A DNA stretch of 64,000 nt, taken from IMG/VR virus record IMGVR_UViG_3300046370_000603. One strand, 5' to 3'. Made by a program: the position numbers and the translations under genes. Every line of letters starts with the position of its first letter. Position 1 is the first letter of the stretch. The stretch comes from a virus. The notes beneath the pieces were generated by a model. That model did no database searches, was not told where the DNA came from, and saw only the letters and a list, made by a program, of their open reading frames with translations. Positions 1-9,895 of this stretch are shown here, in pieces.

Positions 1-291
1 AATTGGAAACCATCTGAAGAAGATAATGACCTTAGTGGTGATTTTAATTGTGTTGAGTTGCAATTAACTAGGGCAGACCTTTATGATTTGCAAGATGATA
101 TTGTGAATTTTAATTTGCCCGAAGCAAATGGATTCTTTTGGGGTAGTGATTCATATTTTTGGAGAGATGAAAATGATAAACCATATCCCGAAAATGAATA
201 CTATTATAAGGAGCAAGATTTGAATTTTGTCGCAGAAGCACATAAAATGCTTGACAAAGGTTATCGAGTATTTTATAGTTGTTGGTATTGA
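1..291 (+). CDS. Hypothetical phage protein, 5'-partial
   Basis: Frame is open from base 1 (NWKPSEED...FNCVELQLT...GFFWGSD...VFYSCWY) to TGA 291. Confidence 0.75.
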   Translation, partial: NWKPSEEDNDLSGDFNCVELQLTRADLYDLQDDIVNFNLPEANGFFWGSDSYFWRDENDKPYPENEYYYKEQDLNFVAEAHKMLDKGYRVFYSCWY

Positions 292-293
292 TT

Positions 294-521
294 ATGGCAC
301 ACGATGAATTTAATAGTGGAGCAAAGCATGGATTCAACATGGCATTGTATGCAGTAAGAAATGTTGATAAACAAATAAAGTTTCCCGAAACTCATGGCGA
401 ACTTGGTGAAATCCCTTGGCAAGAGCAAAACACAATTTATCACGCACAAAAAGATTTATTATATAAAATATACGAAGAAATAAAAAAAGAAATGAAAGAA
501 GAAGTACATGAGGACGATTAA
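294..521 (+). CDS. Hypothetical protein
   Basis: ATG at 294 just after previous stop; overlaps next gene. Confidence 0.7.
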   Translation: MAHDEFNSGAKHGFNMALYAVRNVDKQIKFPETHGELGEIPWQEQNTIYHAQKDLLYKIYEEIKKEMKEEVHEDD

Positions 522-828
522 TAATTTATTAATTATTTTGGTATTGACAGGATGCAATCATTCCTCTAATTTAAATCCAACAGATACAAAAGTCTCTCGT
601 TCATCAGAGATGCAAGCAGAGATAGATTCAGTTCTCTCAAAAGATGCCGATAATAAAAAATTAGAAAAAGAATATTTAGAAGAAATAAGGAGGGCAGAAG
701 AAAATAATGATCAAGAAGCATTTAAATTTTATTTATCAGAATATGTTAAAGTAGAAAGATTAAAATTACCCGAATGGATAAAGAAAGAACCAAATTATGT
801 CCAAGGGGGAGTTAATATTAAATATTAA
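508..828 (+). CDS. Putative lipoprotein
   Basis: Hydrophobic N-terminus with lipobox-like LLIILVLTG-C. Confidence 0.65.
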   Translation: MRTINNLLIILVLTGCNHSSNLNPTDTKVSRSSEMQAEIDSVLSKDADNKKLEKEYLEEIRRAEENNDQEAFKFYLSEYVKVERLKLPEWIKKEPNYVQGGVNIKY

Positions 829-845
829 TACAAAACAATTTAATT

Positions 846-920
846 CGCATGGTAGCCAAGTGGTAAGGCAGGAGTCTGCAAAACTCTTATTCGTCAGTTC
901 GATTCTGATCCATGCGTCCA
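846..920 (+). tRNA. tRNA-Cys(GCA)
   Basis: Acceptor stem CGCATGG/CCATGCG, discriminator T, encoded CCA; D-arm GCC-AAGTGGTAA-GGC; anticodon arm GGAGT-CTGCAAA-ACTCT; T-arm GTCAG-TTCGATT-CTGAT. Confidence 0.95.
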
Positions 921-1059
921 CTTTTAGGTTCACCTCTTTTTGTTCTCTCCAAAAGAACACTCCCTGCTTGATCAACTAAAAAAGACTAGAAAGTAATTCG
1001 ATTACTACTATATCGGAGTTAGTCATGGATACTCTCCATGCAAATATTTAAAGTAAACT

Positions 1060-1320
1060 ATGAAAATACAATTAGGAATAAGGGGTAGTGAAGATGCCAT
1101 GAATCACATCTTAATTAAAATAGATGATCTTATTTTAATGAATAAAGATAATTTATTTCTAGCAGGGAATGAAGGTAGAGATAACACAGGAAAAAATTTA
1201 GTTCAATTATTAAATACTCTATCCAAAGATCACGAAATATCTGTTAGTGAAAATGTTGCAGAACTTATAGAGAGCGAATTAGACATAAAAAACAACGAAA
1301 TTAAAAAATATTCAAAATAG
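1060..1320 (+). CDS. Hypothetical protein
   Basis: ORF, co-oriented with neighbours. Confidence 0.65.
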   Translation: MKIQLGIRGSEDAMNHILIKIDDLILMNKDNLFLAGNEGRDNTGKNLVQLLNTLSKDHEISVSENVAELIESELDIKNNEIKKYSK

Positions 1321-1322
1321 TG

Positions 1323-1351
1323 TTGACATAAATAAAAAACTATTTTAGTAT
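1323..1351 (+). promoter_or_regulatory. Sigma70-like promoter (leaderless)
   Basis: TTGACA-N17-TAGTAT, 7 nt before ATG 1359. Confidence 0.7.
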
Positions 1352-1358
1352 TTTTGTT

Positions 1359-1592
1359 ATGAATACAACAGAAGCATTCCTAGAAAGCATAAATCAATCA
1401 ATCGCCAATGCTGAGAAGATAGCAAACTCGATTCCCAAGAAGGGTCTTAATGTTTATCTCGACAAATCAACTATGGTCATGCAAACATTCAATGATCCTA
1501 GTGCGTTTGCTCATGCCAAGAAAGTTACTTCAAGAGCAGGGCAATCAAGTTGTCTTCGCAATGTATTAGATGCAGGGGGTAGATTGCAATAA
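1359..1592 (+). CDS. Hypothetical protein
   Basis: ORF with own promoter. Confidence 0.7.
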   Translation: MNTTEAFLESINQSIANAEKIANSIPKKGLNVYLDKSTMVMQTFNDPSAFAHAKKVTSRAGQSSCLRNVLDAGGRLQ

Positions 1593-1701
1593 TGCATGAT
1601 AAAAGATGCAAAATAATTGTTTAACTATATAAATACTATTTTTTTATCGAAAACACAACAAAATGCTTGACATATCATGCAAAATCAACTTGAATAACGA
1701 C

Positions 1702-1908
1702 ATGGAAAAATTACCAACATACGAAGAGTGGACAAAAGACATGGACTTAGAAGCTCAAATAAAATTCTATTATGATGTTGACATTGACAATTATTTAGGT
1801 GATCCTTGGCAAATAGTAGCAGAGATTGCAGAGGAATGTCCTAATTGGTTGGCAGAGTTTAAAATTAATTTTAAAGAATATTTACAAGAAAAGGAATATA
1901 TTCAATGA
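1702..1908 (+). CDS. Hypothetical protein
   Basis: Start moved to ATG 1702, 6 nt after TTGACA-N17-TTGAAT. Confidence 0.65.
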   Translation: MEKLPTYEEWTKDMDLEAQIKFYYDVDIDNYLGDPWQIVAEIAEECPNWLAEFKINFKEYLQEKEYIQ

Positions 1909-2165
1909 AAGAAACAAGAGATCACTTTAGAGAAAAAAATCTTCATGTTCAAATGAAGTGGAATATTGAGCCACAAGAAATGCTAGATTATATTATTGAA
2001 GCAGATAAATCCAATGGAAGAGATTCAGATGAATATTCTCCTTCGTTTTATGTAGGCAAATCTCTCAAATATATTCGTGAAGTTTATGAAGATTATAATG
2101 GTCTTGAATCTTTAACTGATACTGAATTAATCGAGAATGGTTATTATAGATTGGAGATCGCATGA
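1905..2165 (+). CDS. Hypothetical protein
   Basis: ATGA-coupled ORF. Confidence 0.7.
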   Translation: MKETRDHFREKNLHVQMKWNIEPQEMLDYIIEADKSNGRDSDEYSPSFYVGKSLKYIREVYEDYNGLESLTDTELIENGYYRLEIA

Positions 2166-2392
2166 AAGAATTAAAAGAAAAATTAAATAAAGTTATCTCT
2201 AAACAAGTTGAGATGGTAAATAAATATGGCTCAAATACTCTCTCTACTTGTGATCATTATAATTGGGACAGGGATATTTGGAATTATAGGCATTCTATCG
2301 TTGACAAGTTAATTGATCTAGGTTTTAATGTCGATACTCAAATGAATTGGGGGGTATTAGATATAACAACAACAAAGGAATTAAAATTATGA
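2162..2392 (+). CDS. Hypothetical protein
   Basis: ATGA-coupled ORF. Confidence 0.7.
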   Translation: MKELKEKLNKVISKQVEMVNKYGSNTLSTCDHYNWDRDIWNYRHSIVDKLIDLGFNVDTQMNWGVLDITTTKELKL

Positions 2393-2574
2393 ATAATTAC
2401 ACAGACGATTATATAGACGATTATATAGAAGAAAACTTAAATAAGTTAGAATACGACTCTTTTACAGGCACTTATTGGTTGCAAGATGAAGAGTGGGAAG
2501 AGCCAAGGGAGTTTACTGCTGACGAATTAATTAACGAAGGAATTTATTTAAATGAATACTGCGAAAGAGTATAA
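2389..2574 (+). CDS. Hypothetical acidic protein
   Basis: ATGA overlap at 2389 gives the likely start. Confidence 0.65.
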   Translation: MNNYTDDYIDDYIEENLNKLEYDSFTGTYWLQDEEWEEPREFTADELINEGIYLNEYCERV

Positions 2575-2770
2575 TGTAGAAATAGGCTTGACTCCAAGCG
2601 ATATTCAAGCTATTCTCGATGGAGAAATGTCAACACTTCACTTTTTACCAACTGATGATACTGATTACGAAGATAAGATTAGCGTTCATCTCAAGCCAAT
2701 TAGTGAAGATGCACCTTTATCAGAGCAAATGAATTTAGTTGTTGACACATGGAGCAGAAAAGAGTTATAG
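2552..2770 (+). CDS. Hypothetical protein
   Basis: ORF in tightly packed run. Confidence 0.65.
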   Translation: MNTAKEYNVEIGLTPSDIQAILDGEMSTLHFLPTDDTDYEDKISVHLKPISEDAPLSEQMNLVVDTWSRKEL

Positions 2771-2791
2771 TATCGACATATCAATAACTAT

Positions 2792-3049
2792 ATGTTTACA
2801 AAAGGAGAAAACATCGACATGAATTACATAACAGAAGAAATTAAGTTTCGAGTTCCACAAAATGGTGGAGATCAATATCGCTTATATGAGTGTGTTGATC
2901 AAGTGGCAGATTTAATTGATATGTATTTCGGTACTGCAATAGAAGATACAACTAATATACATAATTTAATTGAAGAAGAAATTAAAACAAGTAAACTTAG
3001 AGAAGTAGAGCATAATAGATTAGAAAATATAAATGGGGGAATTAAATAA
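2792..3049 (+). CDS. Hypothetical protein
   Basis: ORF in tightly packed run. Confidence 0.65.
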   Translation: MFTKGENIDMNYITEEIKFRVPQNGGDQYRLYECVDQVADLIDMYFGTAIEDTTNIHNLIEEEIKTSKLREVEHNRLENINGGIK

Positions 3050-3146
3050 AAATATTTAGAAGATTAAATTAATTCTTTATTAAAATAAATTTTAATATTC
3101 AAATTAATTTATTTAATAAATTGTTAAAATAAAAATTATAAGAAAA

Positions 3147-3293
3147 ATGAAAGAAGTAATACAATTAATTGAAGAAAAAATTTTAGAGATTAACAATTTT
3201 CCGATTACAACACAAGAGCAAGAGCAAATGCACATATTAGAAGTGGGATGCTTAAATCAGTTACTTAGAGTAGCAAAAGAACTTTCTGAATAA
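3147..3293 (+). CDS. Small hypothetical protein (48 aa, not in ORF track)
   Basis: MKEVIQLIEEKILEINNF...KELSE read by hand. Confidence 0.55.
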   Translation: MKEVIQLIEEKILEINNFPITTQEQEQMHILEVGCLNQLLRVAKELSE

Positions 3294-3343
3294 AAAACAA
3301 AAAAAGCATTGACTTATCATCATGCGTATTTTAGTATAACATC

Positions 3344-3682
3344 ATGAATCTAGCAAGAGAAATAAACGAAAAATTGGATGCAATCTTATTTATGCGTAGT
3401 GAGATGCAACGCATGGATCACGACTTGGATGACGATCAAGTTCTTAATAATATACAAACAGGTGAGAAGACAAATAAGGAACAAGCGTTTGAAATAGTTG
3501 AAGGCATGATAAATGATGTAAAAAAAGAACTAAACCAAATAACAAATAATGGTTTAAATGTAAAAGATATTTTTACAAATAATTATTATATAAATGATTT
3601 CACGCAAGATAAGATTTGTTCTGAAATTGAAACAAATAATACGCTAAATAATAATCAACCAAATAATATAGGATTAAATTAA
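3344..3682 (+). CDS. Hypothetical protein
   Basis: TTGACT-N17-TAGTAT-N6-ATG. Confidence 0.7.
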   Translation: MNLAREINEKLDAILFMRSEMQRMDHDLDDDQVLNNIQTGEKTNKEQAFEIVEGMINDVKKELNQITNNGLNVKDIFTNNYYINDFTQDKICSEIETNNTLNNNQPNNIGLN

Positions 3683-3684
3683 TC

Positions 3685-3879
3685 ATGATACAGATAATAC
3701 AACATTCTAACTTTAAAGAATTTTTTCAAGTTTTAAATTTCGGCAAAATCGTTGATGAATATCGAGGGGAAGCAATAGCGATAAGAAAAGCGTCTCGAAT
3801 TGCTAGAAAACAAAAGCAAGATAGCATTGAAGTATTGACCGAAAAGCAAGATAAAGTAATCCAAGTAAAAAAAGTTTGA
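3685..3879 (+). CDS. Hypothetical protein, paralog of 21006-21176
   Basis: MIQIIQHSNFKEFFQVLNFGKIVD aligns with MIKILRNPNFSNWFDIRLFGELID. Confidence 0.7.
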   Translation: MIQIIQHSNFKEFFQVLNFGKIVDEYRGEAIAIRKASRIARKQKQDSIEVLTEKQDKVIQVKKV

Positions 3880-3938
3880 CAACCCGAAAATCATTTGCTA
3901 GGATGTAATCATAACATTCAAAATAGGAGAAAAAAATT

Positions 3939-4130
3939 ATGGCAAACATAGCAAAATGTGCAAGAGCAACCGCAGTAATGAACAAAGTGAAAGGCAAAGA
4001 CCCATTTGCTTTTACTCGTAGGTTCTTAGGTTATAACGAAGCAACCGAAGGTATTCTCGCCCAACAAAGAGAGGCAGATCGTAGATTGAAACAAATTCAA
4101 GCCAAAAGATTAGCTAAGGGGGTAGCATAA
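3939..4130 (+). CDS. Hypothetical basic protein
   Basis: ORF with AGGAG upstream. Confidence 0.7.
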   Translation: MANIAKCARATAVMNKVKGKDPFAFTRRFLGYNEATEGILAQQREADRRLKQIQAKRLAKGVA

Positions 4131-4131
4131 C

Positions 4132-4368
4132 ATGGAAATAGTAACTCCATTAAATAAAAAAGTGAGTATATTTGCATCTAATGAAGAATTATATGAAAAA
4201 TTAACTCCACAAGAAATAATGTTAATTAAATTAGCCAAGATAGAGGAATTTGCAGATGATTTATATAGATCACACGATTCTGAAGCAAATAAAAAATTAT
4301 TTCCACCCGAAAAAAGTTGGTTTAAAATAAAAGAATTGTTAAGAGAATGTAGAAACTTGAACAAATGA
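4132..4368 (+). CDS. Hypothetical protein
   Basis: ORF in run. Confidence 0.65.
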   Translation: MEIVTPLNKKVSIFASNEELYEKLTPQEIMLIKLAKIEEFADDLYRSHDSEANKKLFPPEKSWFKIKELLRECRNLNK

Positions 4369-4775
4369 AATTTGTAAAATTAATTATACTTTTTTTTATA
4401 TGTAATACATTGTATGGTAATTGTAAAAAATGGGAATTGCGTTTTACAGATAGTACGAGATATTACAGAGAAGATTTAGGGCTTAAATTTTTTAATGTTC
4501 GTATTGGCAACCACATTAAACATACAAGAACATTTCCGTATGGACATAAGTTTCAAAACATATCTGTATATCCAAGTTTAAACAAAATAACAATTCAAAA
4601 TTGGCGAACATTTAATCCTTGGATGGAAGCAGTTAGAAAAAACATGAAAGAAAAATATCCAAATAAAATTGTAAAACTAACATACTCCGAACATGGTGGA
4701 GCAAGCATTGAGCCACAATTCAGAAAACATATTTATTATTTATTTGTTCTTGACAAAGATCAATATTCATACTAA
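4365..4775 (+). CDS. Hypothetical exported protein
   Basis: Signal-peptide-like MKFVKLIILFFIC. Confidence 0.6.
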   Translation: MKFVKLIILFFICNTLYGNCKKWELRFTDSTRYYREDLGLKFFNVRIGNHIKHTRTFPYGHKFQNISVYPSLNKITIQNWRTFNPWMEAVRKNMKEKYPNKIVKLTYSEHGGASIEPQFRKHIYYLFVLDKDQYSY

Positions 4776-4810
4776 TATGATAATCTCACACACAAAAAAG
4801 GAAAACAAAA

Positions 4811-7108
4811 ATGATAATCACACAGGAAAAATCTAAGGAAGTAATTAGTTCACACGATTTCGAGCAAGTTAATTGCACGATTGATGCAGAAGATATGCGT
4901 TATGTTGCATCTCTTCTTCGCAATAACTACTCTAACACTCGTCTTGCAGTAGTTAGAGAAATTAGTGCCAATGCTCTTGATGCCAATGCTGAAGCAGGTG
5001 TTACTCGTCCAATCGAAATCAAGTTACCAACTTCCATGAATCCAACATTTGCAGTTCGTGATTTTGGGGGTGGACTTAGCCAAGAAGATGTTTTCGGACT
5101 TTATTCCAAGTATGGTAAATCAACCAAACGCACATCCAACAATTACATTGGTGCTTTCGGTATTGGTAAATTTGCTCCACTTTCTTATGGTGACAATTTT
5201 ACTTGCGTTTCTTACCATGATGGCACAAAAACTTCTTACAATGTATTTGTTGATGAAAATGACGATACCAAGATCACAAAGTTGTTTGAAGAACCAAGCA
5301 ATGAACCAACAGGTTTAAGCATCGAAGTTGCAGTCTCCGAAGAAGATCGTAACGAATTTAGAGATGTTGTGCAAAAATTCTTTCGTTTCTTTTCTGATTC
5401 TGATATGCCAAAATTTCTTGGAGTCGAAGAAGATTTTATACAAACTCCTAAAAAAGTTTTGTCAAGTAAAACTGATGAATGGTTCTTTGCAGAAGATGAC
5501 AATAGGCATGGGTACAACCATTATTATTCTCATGTTCTTATGGGTAGAGTTGCTTATCCAATTGATCCAAATGCAATTATTGTTAGCAATTTTGTTTCCA
5601 ACGAAGATTCTCGCAGAATAATTCAACAACTTTTACAACAAAGTAATTTCTACTTTCGTGTGCCTCTTGGTTCAGTAAGATTGCATCATAGTCGTGAGTC
5701 GCTAGAATATAACAAAGCAACTCAAAAAGAAATTTGTGCGATTCTTTACAGAGTAAGTCAAGATATTCAAACTATTGCAAAAGAAAAACTTGCCGATAGT
5801 GAAGATTTGTGGGACGCAAAGAAAAACTATGCTCAAGTCGTTAATGCTCTACCTTATCAAGTAAGAGGAATATTTGAGAATAGTTTCGAGTGGAAAGGTA
5901 TCAAAATTGATAATTCTACATTCCAAAGAGACTATCAATTATCAGAAGATTTGATTATTACTCAATACGAAAAAGTTGAAGATAAAGATTCTCGCAATGG
6001 ATTCAAGGTAAGAGCAGATAAAACAAATCGCATTTATTGTCAAGACGATTATCTTGTGATGATGCAAGACATTGATTCTTCTCATGGCAACAATCTTAGA
6101 GTTCGCACTTTGATGAATGATTTACCCGATCTTAAAGGGGTTTTCGTTGTTCATCCTACTAGCGAATGTGGCAAATCAGAAGTTTATGATAATTGGCAAT
6201 TTGATCTTGTTGATGGAAAACATATTAGATATTCTTCTCTAGTAGAAAAGGAAAAAATTGTTCGCAATAAAGTTTCGGGTACAAGTCGTGCTTGTATTCC
6301 ATTGTTCAAGATGAAGTTTGACAAATCTAGTTATGCTTATCGTAATGCAGATTATTGGCAAAATGTCAACGAACCAATCAATTCACTTGAGCTAGGCGAA
6401 ATTGAAGGTTCTGTCAATGGTAAAATCATTTATGTTCCAATCAAAAACTACAAGGTTGATAGTGAATCTTATGATCTTGACAGAGTTTACAAAATCTGCA
6501 AGGGAGTTCGCAAAAAAGCCGAAGATAATTCTGATGAAAAAAATCTTCAATTATTCGGTGTGCGTTCAGCAGATGTCAAAAAACTAGATAAAAGTACATG
6601 GGTATCATTTTTTGATTTTTATCTTGACTATTGCAAGAACATCATTCGTAACAATAAGAAAGAATGTCAATCAGCATACAAAATAATTCAATTCAAAAAA
6701 TCTACCGATAATAATTTCGCTGAATATCGTTGGAGTTATGGTCAAGTATTTACCAATAACACATTTGATGTTTCTCTTTTCGGTGACCATTTATTTGCTC
6801 GTTGTGCAGAAAATTGGAAACTCCTTATGGAAGAGAATACAGATGATCGTAGATTTAGTGTTGCTATCAATGTCGTTAAGTTGGGTGATGAAGCATGGTT
6901 AGATGATATATTGGATACAAAAGTTGATGCAGAATCAATTATGCAGGATTTCAAATTACTTGATAAAAATTATCCTTTACTTCAAGTTGTTACAAGTCAT
7001 GTTAGCAATTGGGTCAATCTAAAACAAGACAATGACAAAAATGTAACCAACGAAACTCTCTTTGAATACATTTCCTTATGTGATGTGAATGGGGGAGAGA
7101 GAGCGTAA
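4811..7108 (+). CDS. rIIA: rIIA-like protein (N-terminal GHKL/HATPase domain)
   Basis: GHKL motifs YSN..LAVVREISANALDA, VRDFGGGL, STKR.SN..IGAFGIGK; directly upstream of rIIB-like gene. Confidence 0.85.
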   Translation: MIITQEKSKEVISSHDFEQVNCTIDAEDMRYVASLLRNNYSNTRLAVVREISANALDANAEAGVTRPIEIKLPTSMNPTFAVRDFGGGLSQEDVFGLYSKYGKSTKRTSNNYIGAFGIGKFAPLSYGDNFTCVSYHDGTKTSYNVFVDENDDTKITKLFEEPSNEPTGLSIEVAVSEEDRNEFRDVVQKFFRFFSDSDMPKFLGVEEDFIQTPKKVLSSKTDEWFFAEDDNRHGYNHYYSHVLMGRVAYPIDPNAIIVSNFVSNEDSRRIIQQLLQQSNFYFRVPLGSVRLHHSRESLEYNKATQKEICAILYRVSQDIQTIAKEKLADSEDLWDAKKNYAQVVNALPYQVRGIFENSFEWKGIKIDNSTFQRDYQLSEDLIITQYEKVEDKDSRNGFKVRADKTNRIYCQDDYLVMMQDIDSSHGNNLRVRTLMNDLPDLKGVFVVHPTSECGKSEVYDNWQFDLVDGKHIRYSSLVEKEKIVRNKVSGTSRACIPLFKMKFDKSSYAYRNADYWQNVNEPINSLELGEIEGSVNGKIIYVPIKNYKVDSESYDLDRVYKICKGVRKKAEDNSDEKNLQLFGVRSADVKKLDKSTWVSFFDFYLDYCKNIIRNNKKECQSAYKIIQFKKSTDNNFAEYRWSYGQVFTNNTFDVSLFGDHLFARCAENWKLLMEENTDDRRFSVAINVVKLGDEAWLDDILDTKVDAESIMQDFKLLDKNYPLLQVVTSHVSNWVNLKQDNDKNVTNETLFEYISLCDVNGGERA

Positions 7109-7206
7109 TTGCTCCTCTCCCTCAAATTTTTAAAAATAATTCTTGACAATATATACAAAACAATTTAAGATATAGATATATTAAACAAAAATAGGAGAAT
7201 AAAATT

Positions 7207-8361
7207 ATGAATCAAGTACCATATCAATTAACAGAAAATTCACTCACAATCTTTTGGGAAGGCAAGCCACACACAATTCGCAAAGATCATGTAAATTTCC
7301 AACTCGCCAAGAAAGCTATTCTTGATGCTAGATATGATGATCTCGGTGATCTTATTGATGTTGCCAAGGCAGTCGAAAATTTTGTTGAAGGTGATATTGA
7401 AGTTAAGGATGAAGTCGTTTATTACAAAGGTCATCGCTTGCATGGTGTTGTTGTTGACAAATTACTTGATATGCTTCGTGCAGGAATGAAAGATTCTGCT
7501 CCTCTTACCAACTTTATCACTCGCTTGCAAGCTAATCCAAGTGCAAATTCAGTAAATGAACTTTATTCTTTTATGAGTTATAAGTCTCTTGCGAATACTC
7601 CCGAAGGTAAGGTTTTGGGGTACAAAGGTGTGCAATCTGATTATTGGAGTACAACAGGTAATGCCGATACAATTGTATTGCAAGGGAAAACTAATGATCG
7701 TCACCAAATTCTCAATGAGGTTGGTGCAACAATTGAAGTTGCTCGTAGATGCGTAGATGACAATAAGGATAATCATTGTTCTTTTGGTCTTCATGTTGGT
7801 TCATTCGATTATGCTGATAGTTGGGCAGGAGAAGATGGAAGATTGCTTCTTGTGGAGTTTGATCCTGCTGATGCAGTATCTGTACCAACTGATTGTGACT
7901 TTCAAAAACTTAGGGTTTCTAAGTACAAGGTGATCTCTGATATTAGCGACACAAGAAAAGAGTTAAATAAACCTGTCTACGAGGCTAATAAGCCCATTTA
8001 TGGATCAGATGATGATGAAGACTGCGATTATGACGATGATGATTCTGATTTTGTTGATGAAGAGATGGCAGATAGAGTTGCCGATCATTATCTTAATAAT
8101 CCTAAAGATTTATTAGCTAATAATCCTCATTTGCTAGATAGTTATGAAGATAGAGTTGATTCAGTTGTGGAGAGCGTTCGCAAGTATGTTACTAATAAAT
8201 TAAATCTAGGAATTTTTCCAACAATTAAAGATATAGCAGATTTAAGAATTTGTAAATCCAATAAAATTGGATATGTTGGAGTAAAAAGTATTGTCGAAGA
8301 GTTAGGTTATGTTCTTGATTTTCTTGACTTGCCTCTTGGTCAACAAATTGTGGTCGAGTGA
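7207..8361 (+). CDS. rIIB: rIIB-like protein
   Basis: Motifs LYSF, GYKGV, CSFGLHVGSFDYA, AVSVPTD...KLRVSKY; paired with rIIA. Confidence 0.85.
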   Translation: MNQVPYQLTENSLTIFWEGKPHTIRKDHVNFQLAKKAILDARYDDLGDLIDVAKAVENFVEGDIEVKDEVVYYKGHRLHGVVVDKLLDMLRAGMKDSAPLTNFITRLQANPSANSVNELYSFMSYKSLANTPEGKVLGYKGVQSDYWSTTGNADTIVLQGKTNDRHQILNEVGATIEVARRCVDDNKDNHCSFGLHVGSFDYADSWAGEDGRLLLVEFDPADAVSVPTDCDFQKLRVSKYKVISDISDTRKELNKPVYEANKPIYGSDDDEDCDYDDDDSDFVDEEMADRVADHYLNNPKDLLANNPHLLDSYEDRVDSVVESVRKYVTNKLNLGIFPTIKDIADLRICKSNKIGYVGVKSIVEELGYVLDFLDLPLGQQIVVE

Positions 8362-8405
8362 TATTTTTGTAGAATTTTATTACTTGTAATATATAATATA
8401 TGTAT

Positions 8406-8546
8406 ATGAGTAAAACAATTCAAACATTAGAAGATGTATCAAATATTGACGAGCTAAATGAATTAATAGGAGAAGATGATATTTCCGAAGAAGAGTATCA
8501 AGATATGGTAAAATATATTCAAGATAAAAATTCTTCTAATAAATAG
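8406..8546 (+). CDS. Small acidic hypothetical protein (46 aa)
   Basis: MSKTIQTLEDVSNIDELNELIGEDD... read by hand. Confidence 0.5.
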   Translation: MSKTIQTLEDVSNIDELNELIGEDDISEEEYQDMVKYIQDKNSSNK

Positions 8547-9099
8547 GTAATCCTTTCTCTCCTATGGGTATTGTGGCGAGGTTTCTCTTTGTCCTTGGTC
8601 AGAATTCATCACCCGATCCGTAACCACATAAAAGCGTGATCTAATTTATTTTCAAATAAACCTTACAACTATGAATTTACACAAGAAAATGATAATTTCA
8701 AATAATTTTTACTTTGTGCTTGCTTTATATATCAATATTCATTAGTATATATAACATAATACAATATATATAGAGAGAGAATATAAGATATAATATAATA
8801 AATCACACAAGAAATAATAAATATATTGAAATGTAATAGATTATAAATATAATGATTGAGGAGTACGCAAATTAATTATATAAAAATAAGATGAGAATAA
8901 AAGTATTGGCAATTATAAAAAATTATTTATTAAATAAAAAAATAAAAGATAAACAAAATAATTCAAAAGAAAAAAATTTAAAATATGTACGAAATAAATA
9001 TGGTTTTTTTTCACTTGAAAATAACAAAAAATAAACAATAATAAAAAATTTTACAATTAAATAAATAAATTAATTAAATAATAAATTATTACAAATAAA

Positions 9100-9315
9100 A
9101 TGAGCATCGAAGATCAAAGTGTAAATTTCGTAGAAAATCACATGGAAACGAGTTTCAGCGAAATAATGTCTTCAAAAATCATCAAAGAAATGTATTGGAT
9201 TGATGTTAAGGAAGGTGCAAGGGCGGTAGCAATAATGGGCGAAATAACTGAAGAGAAAAAAATAGAGAGTAATTTAATATGTCTCTTTCCAATATTTAAA
9301 CCAAAAGAAGATTAA
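9100..9315 (+). CDS. Hypothetical protein
   Basis: Isolated ORF in very AT-rich tract. Confidence 0.45.
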   Translation: MSIEDQSVNFVENHMETSFSEIMSSKIIKEMYWIDVKEGARAVAIMGEITEEKKIESNLICLFPIFKPKED

Positions 9316-9409
9316 CGCAAATAATTACTTATTAGGATAAAAAATAAAAATAATTAAAACAAATATTATTGTTAATAAAAAAACATCCCACAATTCTAAA
9401 AAAGTCATA

Positions 9410-9610
9410 TTATTTATTATTATTAATTTTTTTGTTTATTTCTATTTTTCTTAATAATATTTCAAATTGAGTGTCACTCATATTGTTATATTGATGCCAA
9501 GCATATTCCTTTATCCTCATTAATCTTTTTTCGGGAGTTCCATTCACCCAATAAAACGCACTAGAGCTTAATAAGTCTCTTACAATGTAATTATATATCT
9601 CCATATTCAT
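9410..9610 (-). CDS. Hypothetical protein
   Basis: MNMEIYNYIVRDLL...; GTGTAA late-type motif just upstream on the minus strand. Confidence 0.5.
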   Translation of the reverse strand: MNMEIYNYIVRDLLSSSAFYWVNGTPEKRLMRIKEYAWHQYNNMSDTQFEILLRKIEINKKINNNK

Positions 9611-9759
9611 AATAATAATTACACCCAAATAATTATACAAAAAATTTAATATAATAAAACACACATAAAATAATTCTTGACAATGTGTGAAAAATATATT
9701 AATGTATTTCTATCAATCATAAATAAAGCGTTAAAAGCGTAAAACAAAAAAAACATTCT

Positions 9760-9891
9760 ATGAAATATATATTAATTACATTATTATTTTTTATAAGTAG
9801 TTGTAGGCATTGTGAATATAATGTCAGCAACATTTCACATAGTTGCCCGAAAATAGGACACGGACCTTGCTACCTCTGCGATACCAAATAA
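9760..9891 (+). CDS. Small Cys-rich putative lipoprotein (43 aa)
   Basis: MKYILITLLFFISS-C, CxxC near C-terminus. Confidence 0.5.
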   Translation: MKYILITLLFFISSCRHCEYNVSNISHSCPKIGHGPCYLCDTK

Positions 9892-9895
9892 TATT

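Noticed and set aside
766-979. ORFs 766-975 (-) and 797-979 (+)
   Set aside because: They overlap the tRNA-Cys gene and are spurious.
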